Source: Macrostomum hystrix
Lineage: Eukaryota; Animalia; Platyhelminthes
Reading direction: 5' to 3'
Assembly: GCA_950097015.1 (NCBI GenBank)
Contig: CATNEN010000035.1
Coordinates: forward strand, 248,001 to 312,000
DNA: 64,000 nucleotides
This document shows positions 47,401 to 59,400 of this stretch, in pieces (position 1 is the stretch's first letter; every line of letters starts with the position of its first letter). Under the pieces are notes generated by a model, which saw nothing but the letters and a program-made list of their open reading frames with translations, was not told the DNA's origin and did no database searches. The translations under genes were made by a program, and so were the position numbers.

Positions 47401-50400
47401 ATAGTTTAAGCTTTCTTAAATAAATTTACCTTTTATCAGGGATGGCCTTGACGATGAGCTCCGCGAAGCCGAAGATCGGGCGCGACGGCTCAAGGATGCA
47501 CTTCGCGGCTGCGACAACCAGGCCGGTCCAGAGGAGGAGCTCGCGGAGCGGCTCAAGCGCCTTCGTCAGCAGGTTCGGCCCGACCTCGACGAGGCCACAA
47601 CAACAGCTGACTCGCTGCTGTCCAGAGCTGAAGAGCTCGGGGGGAAGTTCGCCACGCCGGCTAGTAAGCGGTTGCTACGCGACGCGCAAACGGTTGCCAA
47701 GCGAAACTCCAGCCTGGGCGATTTGGCCAACGCAGCGGAGGAGCGCCTGCGCCGTGGTCTCGAAGGCCGCTGCCATGACCGACAGCGAGACTTGGATGCT
47801 TGGCTAGCGGCAGCTGGCGAAGCAACCGAATGGACTCCGGCTGCTGACGAAGCCTCGGTGGAAGCACAACTTGCTGTTGTCGAGGTAAGTCGCGTCTCAA
47901 ATAGAACTATATTATGTTTTTCAGTTGCATCTACTTTCAGTAGTATGTTTTGTGCTACGATTTTTCCAACATTATACATTTTAAACACACCTGTAAAAAA
48001 ACTGCAAACAAGTTTTTATTTTTAACGCAAACACGAGAATAGAATAACTGTTCAGCATAGTAAAATGTATTTGAAAAATGTCCCGTTACTTTTGAAAAAC
48101 TCTGCAGAAAACCCCCGAAGAGTGCAGGGATTTCAATGTGATTGAGTGTATATTTTAAGTTTTAGTACCCACACACTGGACTAAGAACGCGCAAGTCCGG
48201 TCCTATTCAGCCTCCCCAATGCAGGCAAGCAGAACAGGCCGGGTATCCCGGACTGTTCCGGATCTCCTGCGAATGATTTATTCATCCGCCTTTTCCTGGA
48301 GGCTGGCTGGAACAGAGCATGCGCGGCGCGCTAGTGAGCCCAATGCGCCTGCTGATGCGAGTCACTGTACGAGCGTACAGTGCGTGCACAGCATAGCCCG
48401 CCTCTTGCCATCCGACCCGCATCCTCCAATCTCTGACATCTCTCAAAGTAAACCCGTTGTGTTCAAACGCTCACTCTTGCACCTATGCAGGCCCTCCGTG
48501 TTTTTGAAAATAAAAACACAGGTGCAGTGGAACAGCCCAGACTCCAGTGGTTAACGCCTGACGGGGACTGGGAGAGCGGAGGGAAAGCTGCTTCTGGACT
48601 CCCCATCCACTGCAGCGACAGTAGAAAAAGGAGGGACGCCCTGGTGCTGCTAGCTGAGAGGAGGTTGGAGACTGAAAGTTTAAAGAACGGGCGGAGACGA
48701 GGCGCATGGGAAGTGTTCCTTTCAACAACGCCCCACGACAACCTCCCCTTCCGTGAGCTCCGTCACTGACTCTCCAAAGACTCTCATTCCCACCCTACCT
48801 GCCCAGCACCCAGCCTGCAGCTAACTCCCGTCGGCTCAACTTGACTTCATTTCTATTCCGGCCCTGCACCCCACTGCTACCCCTCTCCCTTTCTCTGTCG
48901 GTATGGGTGGGCAGCCGCACCATTGGTCATGTCGCATTTTTAATGTCTCGCTCCTAATATAGCTTGCGCTCAAAGCCACTGACGTTCACCACAAAACCAC
49001 CTCAGCCTCCTCAGTAGATTAGGCTCAATTGGCAGGAGGAGGTACAATTGTTTTGCTGATATTAAGTCTCTAGCTTGATAAGTATTTACTACTGATCTCC
49101 ACAGGAGGCACTGAGCTCGCTGGGCGACGGAGAGACAAAGCTGAACGGTCTGCGCGCTAGCACTGACCTGCTGTTGGATCTGTGCCCACCCGACAGCGAA
49201 GCCGCGGCTGAAAACGTCACACGGTTGAGAGACGAGAGCGAAACTAAATTTCAAGCACTAGCCGACAGCCTAGCCAGAGAAAAAGATCGCCTGCTGCAGT
49301 TGAAGGATCAGCTGGAGGAGCTAGCAGCCGAGGAAAGCGGCCTCCGCAGCTGGCTATTGGACGCCGAGGATGAGCTGAAGTCGGCGCAAGCATTGGCAGC
49401 CACACCGGAAGACAAGGAGAGACAGGCTGAACGACTGCGCGCCCTGCAGGCTGAAGCGGCGGATCGTCAAGCGGACTTTGAGGCTTTGATGGACAAAGCG
49501 AGATCGGTGTCAGATGCCACTGGAGACGCCAGACCCTTAAATACTGTAACCGAGTTTCAGGATCGCTTTAAGAGACTCTCACAGAGCGTGTCGGAATCCA
49601 TGGAGGAGGCGGAGGCCCGGGCCGAAGAGCACCGGGTATTCCTAGAGCGGCTGGCCGCCGCAAACGACTGGCTCGCAGCCGCCGTCGAGTCGCTCGAAGA
49701 AGTGGCTGCAATGCCAGATGGCGATCGGGACGGACTGCAGATGAAGCTGGGCCAGTTGAAGGCGGCTCTAGACGGTAAGGACGAAGGCAGCAGCCTGATG
49801 ATGCAGGCGCAGCAGGAGGCGGAGAAGGTGCTGCCGAAGTCCGATGCAGCCGGCCGGGAGACGGTTCGACGGGACACCGCGGATCTGCGCCAACGCTTCG
49901 ACGAGTGGTCAGAGCGAGGGGCTGAACTCGAGCGTCGCCTTGAAGCGGCCCTGATGCAGTGGTCCGACTATGACGACAACTATCAGCAGCTGGTCCGATG
50001 GCTCAAAGATGTTGAGTATACAGTGACTAGCGACCTGCAATTGAAGGCCAATCTGCCAGACAAGAGGAGCCAGCTGCAGTTTTATCGGGTGAGGGGGTTG
50101 CTTATGGTCCGTTTCTCAACTTAATTTTACCAGACCAAACAAATTGCCTCATTAAAAGCTGCAGTTAATAGAGGCTCTAGCTAAGTGTTAAAAGCATATA
50201 TTTTGGAGTACTAAAAATCTATTATCATCCATCCCAGCTCGAAAACTTGCGAAAAGTTCTAAAAGTGCTGGTTGTTTGTGAGTCCAGGAGTCCAAGAGTA
50301 CTGTTAAAAACGACGTCGATACGTCGACGAAAACAAATACGTTGCTATGGGATAGCGGAAGGTCACTGGTAGCAAATTGGTACCCCACATTGCTGGCAGG

Positions 50401-53400
50401 AACCGTTAAACAAAACCGCTATCCCATCGCTGGAGCAATGAATAAAAAACATTTTTTGTCATTCGTGTGAAAGCAAGCTCTTAATTTGCTTTAATTTTGG
50501 TGCTTGTTATTTACAGAAACTAGAAATTTCCTAAGGTTTGAATTCCTAAGAATTAGAACATCCCTGCAAGCATCAATAGTGTCTCTGTAGACATTTTTAG
50601 TAGAGATAAGCGCTCCCACAACAGCTATTGAATGAATGATGGAAGATGAAAGGGCTGTGACATGCGGAGGCGCGTCAGTAAGAAACTCTCGAGAGCGTTC
50701 GTGATCGATCGATGCGACAGCTGAGGGTGCTTTCATCCTGCGCATCCAGTGCATTCAACACATTCTGCATGGCTGCTGCTAGCTTTTGAACGAGAAACTT
50801 TAGCTGCTGAACTGAGCTGCTCTGTGAACTGTAAGGGGCTGCGTCCAAGACTAAATAAGGCATCGCATTTCAAGCACCCAGAGACGGGTTTTGTTTGTCA
50901 GAAGACCTGAATACACTTACCTGAACTGAAAAATTAACGCCAGTCTCTGAGGACTGCAAAGCGCACCCACACCCTTTCAAACTTAAGCAGCTGTGACCTC
51001 CACTTCTAGACAATTAAGGAGAAAGCTGAATACAGTTGACTCAAGTTCCTTTTTAGCTCGTACTACCTTTTTAAGAAATACTCTTTTGCTAGCAGATGAC
51101 AAAAACAAAGAGTGAAAGAAACAATAGAAGACTAGGCTAGATAGTTGCTGAACCATTGGTACAGTTTGCCGAATGTAACACCCCCTCCAGCGATGTCTCA
51201 AGAGTTTAGAAACAGAGTATGAAAAAAGTGAATAAGATACAAAAGTTTGCAATTAATGATTCAAGCCTGATGACTAGAGTTGTCATTAATTTTTATGATG
51301 CTCACAGCTATAAGCACAATCGGCGTGCTCAATGAGTTATTCATATCGTCATGGCACAAAACGCAACTTACTCGTACCACTCCTTCCAACCCCGCGCTAT
51401 CTTACAGTCTCGTCTGCATGACATCAGCTCGCACGAGCCCATTCTCGGAGTAGTGACCGAGCGCGGTCAGCAACTGTCAGCGCCCAGCGTTCTGGCCAAG
51501 CTCAACCAGCTGCGCAATCGCTTCAACGACTCTCAGGGCGCCGCTAAGAAGAATGTGAAGCTCTGCGAGGACATGGTTGAGCAGCATCAGGCCTACCAGG
51601 ACGCCTTCCAGATGGCCTCAGACTGGTTGCATGCCGCCAACGAAAAGGTTGCCCACTGCGACGACGGTCAGAACGAACGAGCCGCCCTTGAGGCCAAGAT
51701 CGATCGCATCTCTACGCTGGCATCTGGGCTACAAGATGGCGAGGCCAAGGTAACCCAGGCTTTGAAGGAGGGCGAAAAGACGCTGCAGCAGACAGCCGAA
51801 TCCGGCCAGGAGATCATTAAAAAGGAGATGGACTGGCTCGACAGGGGCCTAGAAGAGGCGAAGACCAAGTGCGAGGACATGCGTCGTGATTTTGAACAGC
51901 AGGTAGCAAATCTGGACGCATTTGAGGCTCACTACGATGAGCTGTTCGCGCTAGTGAAGGAGAGGGAGGCTGACCTTAAAGAGGCTTCAGGGCAGCAGGC
52001 GAATGCGAGAGACAAACGTGATCAGCTGAACGGACTTGAGCAGCTGGCAAGTGAACTCACGGACCGGACGCCTGACTTCGAAGCCCTGTTAGCGGAGAGC
52101 CATCGACTGCAAGACGCCAGACTGTCCCAGCAGGGCTCACAACTGTCAAGCCGTTTTAACGGTCTAAGAGCGGCTGTTGAGGATGCAGTCGCGGCTGCCA
52201 AACGGCAGGCTGCCGAGCATGAAGCCTTCGACTCGGCGGTCGAGCAGCTGGTATCTACTTTGGATAGTTTGGCTGTGCGCTGCGACGAGGCCTATCGAGA
52301 GGACGAAGTGACTCCGGACACTCTGCCTGCAGCGCAGACGGCATTAGCTGGACTGCAAGAGGAACTGCAAGATGTGCAGCCTGAGTTGGCCAGAGTGATG
52401 GAGCAAGCGGAGAGGCTATTCGCTGGCACAACACCCGAAGGTCGCGAGGCCATTCAAGAAGATACAGGGTCAGTTTCATAACACAGTTATTGTAATTGTA
52501 GCTGTTAGCAAAGAAGCAAATCGTAATGGATTTTTATGTGATTTTTTACTCCTTTCAGCCATCTGCGTAAGCTCAGCGACCAAGTGAGTGAGCAGCTCGC
52601 TGACAGCCAGGCTAAAGTTGAGAACCAGCTCCAGGAAAACGCCATGTTTAAGTCCACACTGGGCCAGCTGCGCCAGTGGCTGTCCGGACTGCAGGACCGG
52701 TTAGAGGGTCCGTTATCCACTGAGCGCCAGACGCTTCCAGACAGGCGAACACAGCTACAAAGCCATCGAGCCTTCCAGCAGGAGCTTGCTAGCGGAGATC
52801 ACAGACTGGAGCAGCTTCGGTCGCGTCTGCCTCGACGCTGCTCAGACCAGGAGCAGGCCGACACCGATCAGGCAGCAGATGACTTTGCGGAGCTGCAGGA
52901 GCGCAGTCGCGAGCTTCTGCAAAAGCGTGAGGCCACCCTACGCGCGCTGCTACAGTTTGAAGAATCGCGCGAAGTCGCCGCCACGCAGCTGGCCGGTGCA
53001 AAAGAAAAGCTGGCAGCCGCTGCGGACGGTGGAAGCGATCGCGCTGCGTCTCAGTTGCGAGTTGAGAAGCTGCGTGAGGTGCTCGAGAGTCTGCCAGATG
53101 TTGAAGAGGCTGCAGCGGATTTTGCCAAAGCAACTGATGAAGCGGCCGGTCTGGTTGGCGAGGACCAGGCGGCACAGCTGCGGGCGGAAGCCACAGCACT
53201 CGAAGAGGAGCTTGCTACGGTTGCTAGCGAAGCTGAAAAGCGTCTGCGCGACGCCCAGGAGGCGGCCGACCAGCTAGCTGATTTGGAGCGAGCCGTTGAC
53301 GAGCTGACGCGGCTATTGCGCACTGCAGACGGTCAGTCACGCGAACGAGAGCAGCAGCCGAGCGCTCAGGACAAGCGACGCCTGGCCGACCGAATGTCGG

Positions 53401-56400
53401 AGCTACTGGCCGGCCTGGAAGAACTCGAGGCCCTGTCAGACAGACTGAACGATATTGCCACCCCAGTTCAAGGTCGTGACCCAAGGCTTGACCAGGCCGT
53501 GGCACAAGCAAACTCGCGACTGCCAGCGCTTCGCGTACACCTAACCGAATCAGCCGGCCGCTGGAATCGGCTGGCAGATGAGCACGAAGCCCTTGACCAG
53601 AGTCTGGAAGAGTTCACCGACTTTCTGGCCAACGCTGAGTCGGACGCGTCAAGCATTGGACGCCGGCCAGCTGGCACTAGAGAAGAGGTCGAAGCGAAGC
53701 TGCGCGACATTGCCGAGCTGCGCAGTCGCCTGCTGTCCCGCGGAGACGACCTGCGGAGTCTTTGCGAAGCGGCCGAGACCGTCATATCTGGCACTGCTCC
53801 AGCTGGCAGGGAGCAGATTAAGGGTCAGGTAAGCGATAGATGCATCAGAAAAAAATGCTTTTTTTCTTTGCGCTGAAAGCCTTTGAAAACGTTGTCAACG
53901 TCACACGTTGTCGAAAGCTCAGTCCAGAACGCATCTAGAATTAATTGACAGTTTAATGGGTCCTATTGCCACGAGGTTGGAGGAACAGGAGCAATTATTT
54001 ATGTATTTTTATGCAAGTAGAAATACTTCCTGACCCCACCCAACTATTAATCAAGCTAATTGAGAGTGACCTCGTTGTTGGAAAAAAGCGAGCTAATGGA
54101 CACTGAGAAGTAGTCAGAGCCTTCTCGGCTACTACGAGCTATATCAGCGCTTACTCTTCAATTTGATTAAAAGCTAAACAGTAGCTTTCAAAGTTTGAGA
54201 GAAACTTTTGGAAGCTTTCCCATGAGAGGTCAATCCAAACGTTGAAGGTTGAAGGGTTGGTGAAGGCTATTGGGACACGTTTCTAATGATGCTCATTTCA
54301 AATAAAAGCACTAATTACTGCATCCGTCAGGTAAAAGGCTTCAAGGAGGACTCGGACGCTCTTGATGCCTCCCTTGAGGACGAAGAGCAGCGGCTGCAGG
54401 CCTACCTAGGCCAGCTGGTGTCTTTCACCGACGCCAAGGAGACACTTCTTGAGTGGCTGGACGCTGCTGAGGCTCGCCTAGCCGATGCTGACGCCGAAGC
54501 CGAAGTCGCAGACACTCTGGAGGCCAAGAAGCGACGCGCTACCGAGCTGCGCGCCCTCCTACAGGAGATCCAATCGCAGCACCGACCACTGGAGTTGGCC
54601 CTGGACAAGGCCCAGTGCCTCCAGGCCGCCGCATCAGCCACAGTCAGCAGTGTGGGCGAATCGGCAGTCGGAGCCGGCGAGTTGAGCGGCTTCATTCAGG
54701 AGGCCAGCCGGCGCTACGACGCACTGAAGAGCCAGGCCAAGGCAAGGGGGGCAATTAGGAGGATGAAAAGACACTGCACCAATTGGGGATCTGGGAATTA
54801 CAAAAAATACCGAAAATTCTTTCTTATTGGAGCTCGATAAAGCAATGACTTGTCCCAATGCTCAATCTGTTGTCTACGAGTATGGTCTGTGTTAGAGAAC
54901 TTAAAATGCCATCGCATGGTTATCCCAATTAACACGTAATAATTATCAGCACAGCATGAGATTATTACCACACTAACAGAATGCATTTTCACATTCAAAA
55001 TCAGTATTGGATAATTAGAGTGTGCATTTTACAATTTTCTACAACGAATTTCAGGCGGCAGATCAGGATCTCGCGGTAACATCCTCGATGGAGTTAAAAT
55101 CATTTATAATGTTTAAATTAGTTCTTGATTTCGCAGTTCAGTTTTTGTATAAAACAATTACTAATACCCCTAGCCAATACAATTGAATACATTGGCTCAA
55201 AATCAAGGTAAGTCTCGTAACTCGTAGCACTTTCTCAGATCTTTGAAAACTTGCGCGGCTGATTATCGTTAACTTATCAAGCAACTTGCCCAATGGATTT
55301 GAATTGTCTACAATCCAGTAGTGTTCAGTTACTAGCATTTTTTAGCACTTATGGTTTTTTTTTATAAACTTATGGACAAATTTATAATAGCGTTATGTAG
55401 CTGCGCCACTTCCTAATCAGTTCGTAGCACAAATAGAATGGCTTTTTGACTGTCTGTGAGGATGTGCAGTGTATAATTTTATGATATTATCTACATTTTA
55501 AATTCGATATATATTCAGTACAGTGATTAAATCAGATAGCCGTGCACCCATTCAGTTCATTGTTTTACAATTTTTCGAAAAGTGGGAATTGCGTTTATAA
55601 TTTCAATCCCTGTGACACTGGTCTTCACACCCCCTTTGACTGATTGGTCGAACTGCATTTTCGTCTGTATTCTACTATAATCTAACCTAATAGGTGCGTT
55701 GAACAAACACCCTGCATTTAAGTATTGACCCAAAATCCCAATCTAGTGTATGAAACTTATGACGCCATTCCACTAACCCTCACCCTCACCCCACCCTGCG
55801 CACATTGTCTATGGACCTCATGACACCATTCCTGCCGCCCTCACCCCACCCTGCGTACATTGTCTGTGACGTCATGACACCATTCCTGCCGCCCTCACCC
55901 CACCCTGCGTACATTGTCTATGGACCTCATGACACCATTCCTGCCGCCCTCACCCCACCCTGCGTACATTGTCTGTGACGTCATGACACCATTCCTGCCG
56001 CCCTCACCCCACCCTGCGTACATTGTCTATGGACCTCATGACACCATTCCTGCCGCCCTCACCTCAAGCGTACATTGACTTGGACTTTTAGATCCGTTTA
56101 CCTAAAATGAATTTTGTCGAATGAAGTTGATCCTAACCTAAACCCCTAAAACAGGAAATGCTCACCCGAGCCGAAGAGGAGGCTGCTGATCTACAGCAGG
56201 CGGAGACCGGGCTGCAGTCCGCCACGGACTGGGTCGCCTCGATGCGCGACCGTCTCACGCCGGCTCTGGCGACACCGCCGGGCGAGCGCCCGCGACTAGC
56301 CAGCCGGCTAGAGCGTCTGCAAGAGTTGGAGTCGCAGCGTGACGACGGCGAGCGTCGACTGCAGGCCTGCGCCGAAGCTGTGCGCAAAGCGACAACGACC

Positions 56401-59400
56401 GGCGCTCCTGAGACCCTTCGCCAGCGCCTCCACTCGGAGCTAGAAACTGTCGAGGCTGACTTCCGCGACTTCTGCCGTGAATGCGAGACGGCTCGAGCCG
56501 ACGTCGAAGAGCGTCTGGAACGATTGCATCAGGCAGAGGCGTTGGAATCGCAGCTGGAAGGCTGGCTTGTTGAGCAGGAGCGAGCCGTACGCGAGGCGGC
56601 AACTCCACGAGCCTCGCTGGAAGAGAAGTCTGCACAGCTGACGAGCCTACAGTCTGTCTGCGAGTCGGCTACCGATCGCGAGGCCGAATTCACTCAGCTA
56701 GAAGCCGCACTGGAGGATCTGGAAGCCTCGGGCAGTCAGTCGGCGATCAACTTACTAGCCAAGTACCAGGCGCTCAAGGCGAACAGTCAGCAGGCCGCAG
56801 AGCGCTGCCAGGCTGCAATCGAGGAGCATCGTCGGCTGCAGGACCGACTGTCTGCCGCTGAAGGTGAAGTGGCCGAACTGGAAGCTGAAGCTTCTGGCCT
56901 TGAGACCACCTGCAGCGTGGATGAAATACCTGAGCGTCGTCGCCGAGTCGAGGCTCTTCTAGCCGAGCGAAAGCCCGCGCTGCAGACGTCTTTGCAGGAG
57001 CTGGGCTCTGCAAGCGCCGCGGCGGCCGCCAGCGCCGGTGTTGGCGCCGTCGGTCACGACCAGTTGCGGCGCGAGACCAGGCGCGTTAAATCCAGCTTTG
57101 ACGCCGTCTGCGAGCGTCTTGTGACGCTGCGCCGCGCTCTGGAGCAGCGTGCCGCTCAGGTTGACGATCTGAACGCTCAGCTAAACCGCTTAGCCGTCTG
57201 GATCGCTGAGGCTCGCAACCGTCTCGAAGAGTCTACCAAGCCGCAGGACAGCCTCGACGCTCGCAAGCAGCAGCTGCAGGCTTGCCGGGCTCTGTCCAGT
57301 GAGTTAAATTCTGTTGCTAAGCAACCGCCTGCATTGGAGGAACAGTTGACTTCCCTGGCAAAGGCTGGGCACATCGACGCATCGCAAATGACCGAACGTC
57401 TGGACGAGCTGGCCGTACAGTTGGACGGCATCTCAGCCGAGTTGAAGACGCGCCTCGCCGACTGCGAGGAGGCCGTCCGAGAGCAGGCCGCCTATCGGGA
57501 GGCGCGCGACGAGGCCGACGACTGGGTGACGTCGCTGGCCGAGCGAGTTGAATTCTGCGACGACCTCAGTGGCGATCGGCACGCGCTCGAGGGTCGCCTG
57601 GAACGGCTCAAGGTCAGTTATCATAGCTGTTGGCAGTGGAAAATAAAAAGTTTAAGTATACTCGCTGCGTACAGACAATTCAGGTTGGTCAGGTGGAGTG
57701 AGTATTTGTCAATAGCCCAAGCTTGGGGGGTCGGTGGCAGAGCGGTTAAGGCGTTTGCCTCCCGCTCCACGGTCACTAAGTTCGGCCACATTTATTTGGG
57801 GCGCAGCCGCGAAGAGAAGGCTTGGGTTCTTGTCGTTCAATTTACGCCCTTGTGAGCCAACCTCCAAGGCACAGGTTGAGAAAGTCAGGGCAGATGTGCA
57901 CACATGTGTACTGTATCTGCATGCGTGTGTGCTCAGGAGTCAGCAAAATGGGCATAATTGTCTCCTCGCTGGCTGCGGGTCTAGTGTCACGAAATGATGT
58001 GCCATTGCCCGCAGCCCTCCGCAGATATCATTGGGCATTATCGAAGAAAAATAGAGCTGGTACACTGAAAATTCAAGATATTGTCGGATGTTGATGGACA
58101 AAATTAATTTGACAGTGTTTGACTAAGTCTAACAGAAAAGGATAATTGAGCCTTCGCAAACATAGCTAACTTACGAGCGTAGTAGCTATTTTTTAATTAT
58201 CTTGCTGATGTAAATCATACGAGCTATTTTAATTTCGAATTTACACTTACTGCATTTAACTACGATATGAACACTTAGTTTCTAAGCAATATATATTTTT
58301 TCCTCTCGTTGAGTTTCTGGTGCTTTGAAAGAGCGACAACTTTGTAATTTACTTTATTGCAAAAACCCATTTCCGTTTCAAACAGCTGAGGATTGTAAGG
58401 CTTGGTCAACTTGTTGCACTAAAATAGCACGACTGTGTTTGACTTATCTTGTTTTGCACCATTCTTAGTAAAACTTGCAATCGATCTAGCACGGTAGTTG
58501 ACACCTTCTAGATGACTGAAAATCTTTTGATTACTAAACACTAGTAAATCTTTATGCACGCCCGTACTTGTGCTGCCTGTCATATGTCCCATGGCAAGGA
58601 TATACTAAATACTCGTACGGTAGGATAAACTAATCCACAAGATACCCAGCCATCTACCCAGCCATCTACCCAGCCATCTACCCAACCATCTACCCAGCCA
58701 TCTACCCAGCCATCTACCCAGCCATCTACCCAGCCATCTACCCAGCCATATACCCAACCATCTACCCAGCCATCTACCCAGCCATATACCCAACCATCTA
58801 CCCAGCCATCTACCCAGCCATATACCCAGCCATCTACCCAACCATCTTCCCAGATATCTACCCAGCCATCTTCCCAGCCATCTACCCAACCATCTACCCA
58901 GCCATCTAGTTTTTGCCACTCCGCGGCTTGTCGGTCTGAGCCAGCCAGATAAAAGTTTACGGGCTCCGTCTTCCAGATGCCGGATGTATTGGTTTGCACT
59001 TTTGATTCTCTAACCCAACTCCGTTCTGCGTCCGTTTTACGTCCAAACCATGTCAGACCGTTGCTTGGCTTGTCGTCTGTCACCTTGACAAAAGTGCAGG
59101 TTTTTTAATATCCTTCCTCCATCTGCAGTGGAAAATGTCTGAGACAAGTTTCATTGTGCAACTCAGACGGGTAGTGCGGAAGTCTTAACAGTCGCCTCAA
59201 CTGCTCTATGCCGATGGGGCTCGCTTTACAGCTAGGGCTCCTCTTCTTTCCTCTCCTCTTGACATTCTCCCTATTCTCCCTCACCCTATCAACCCAGGCT
59301 ATGTTTGCCAGGGTCAACACGACAATGCCTGTTCTTCTTCTCTCTGTCTAGCTCACCGCCTCCCCTCTTTGGATGCTGTAAGGTTGGCAAGTTTCATCAC

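Noticed and set aside
47630-47680. Possible frameshift in a nesprin exon suggested by two overlapping ORF calls
   Set aside because: Counting the G6 run shows one continuous frame ([19 protein letters not shown]) from 47441 to 47884.
50491-51252. Possible nested antisense gene in a nesprin intron (helical-looking ORF, CAG|GTAAGT on the minus strand at about 50920)
   Set aside because: I could not assemble a consistent exon chain or recognise any homology.
58580-59083. WVDG/GRWL repeat ORFs, and a faint RTE-like LTWFG...W motif just upstream
   Set aside because: The ORFs come from a 12-bp minisatellite. The LINE resemblance is too short and degenerate to call.
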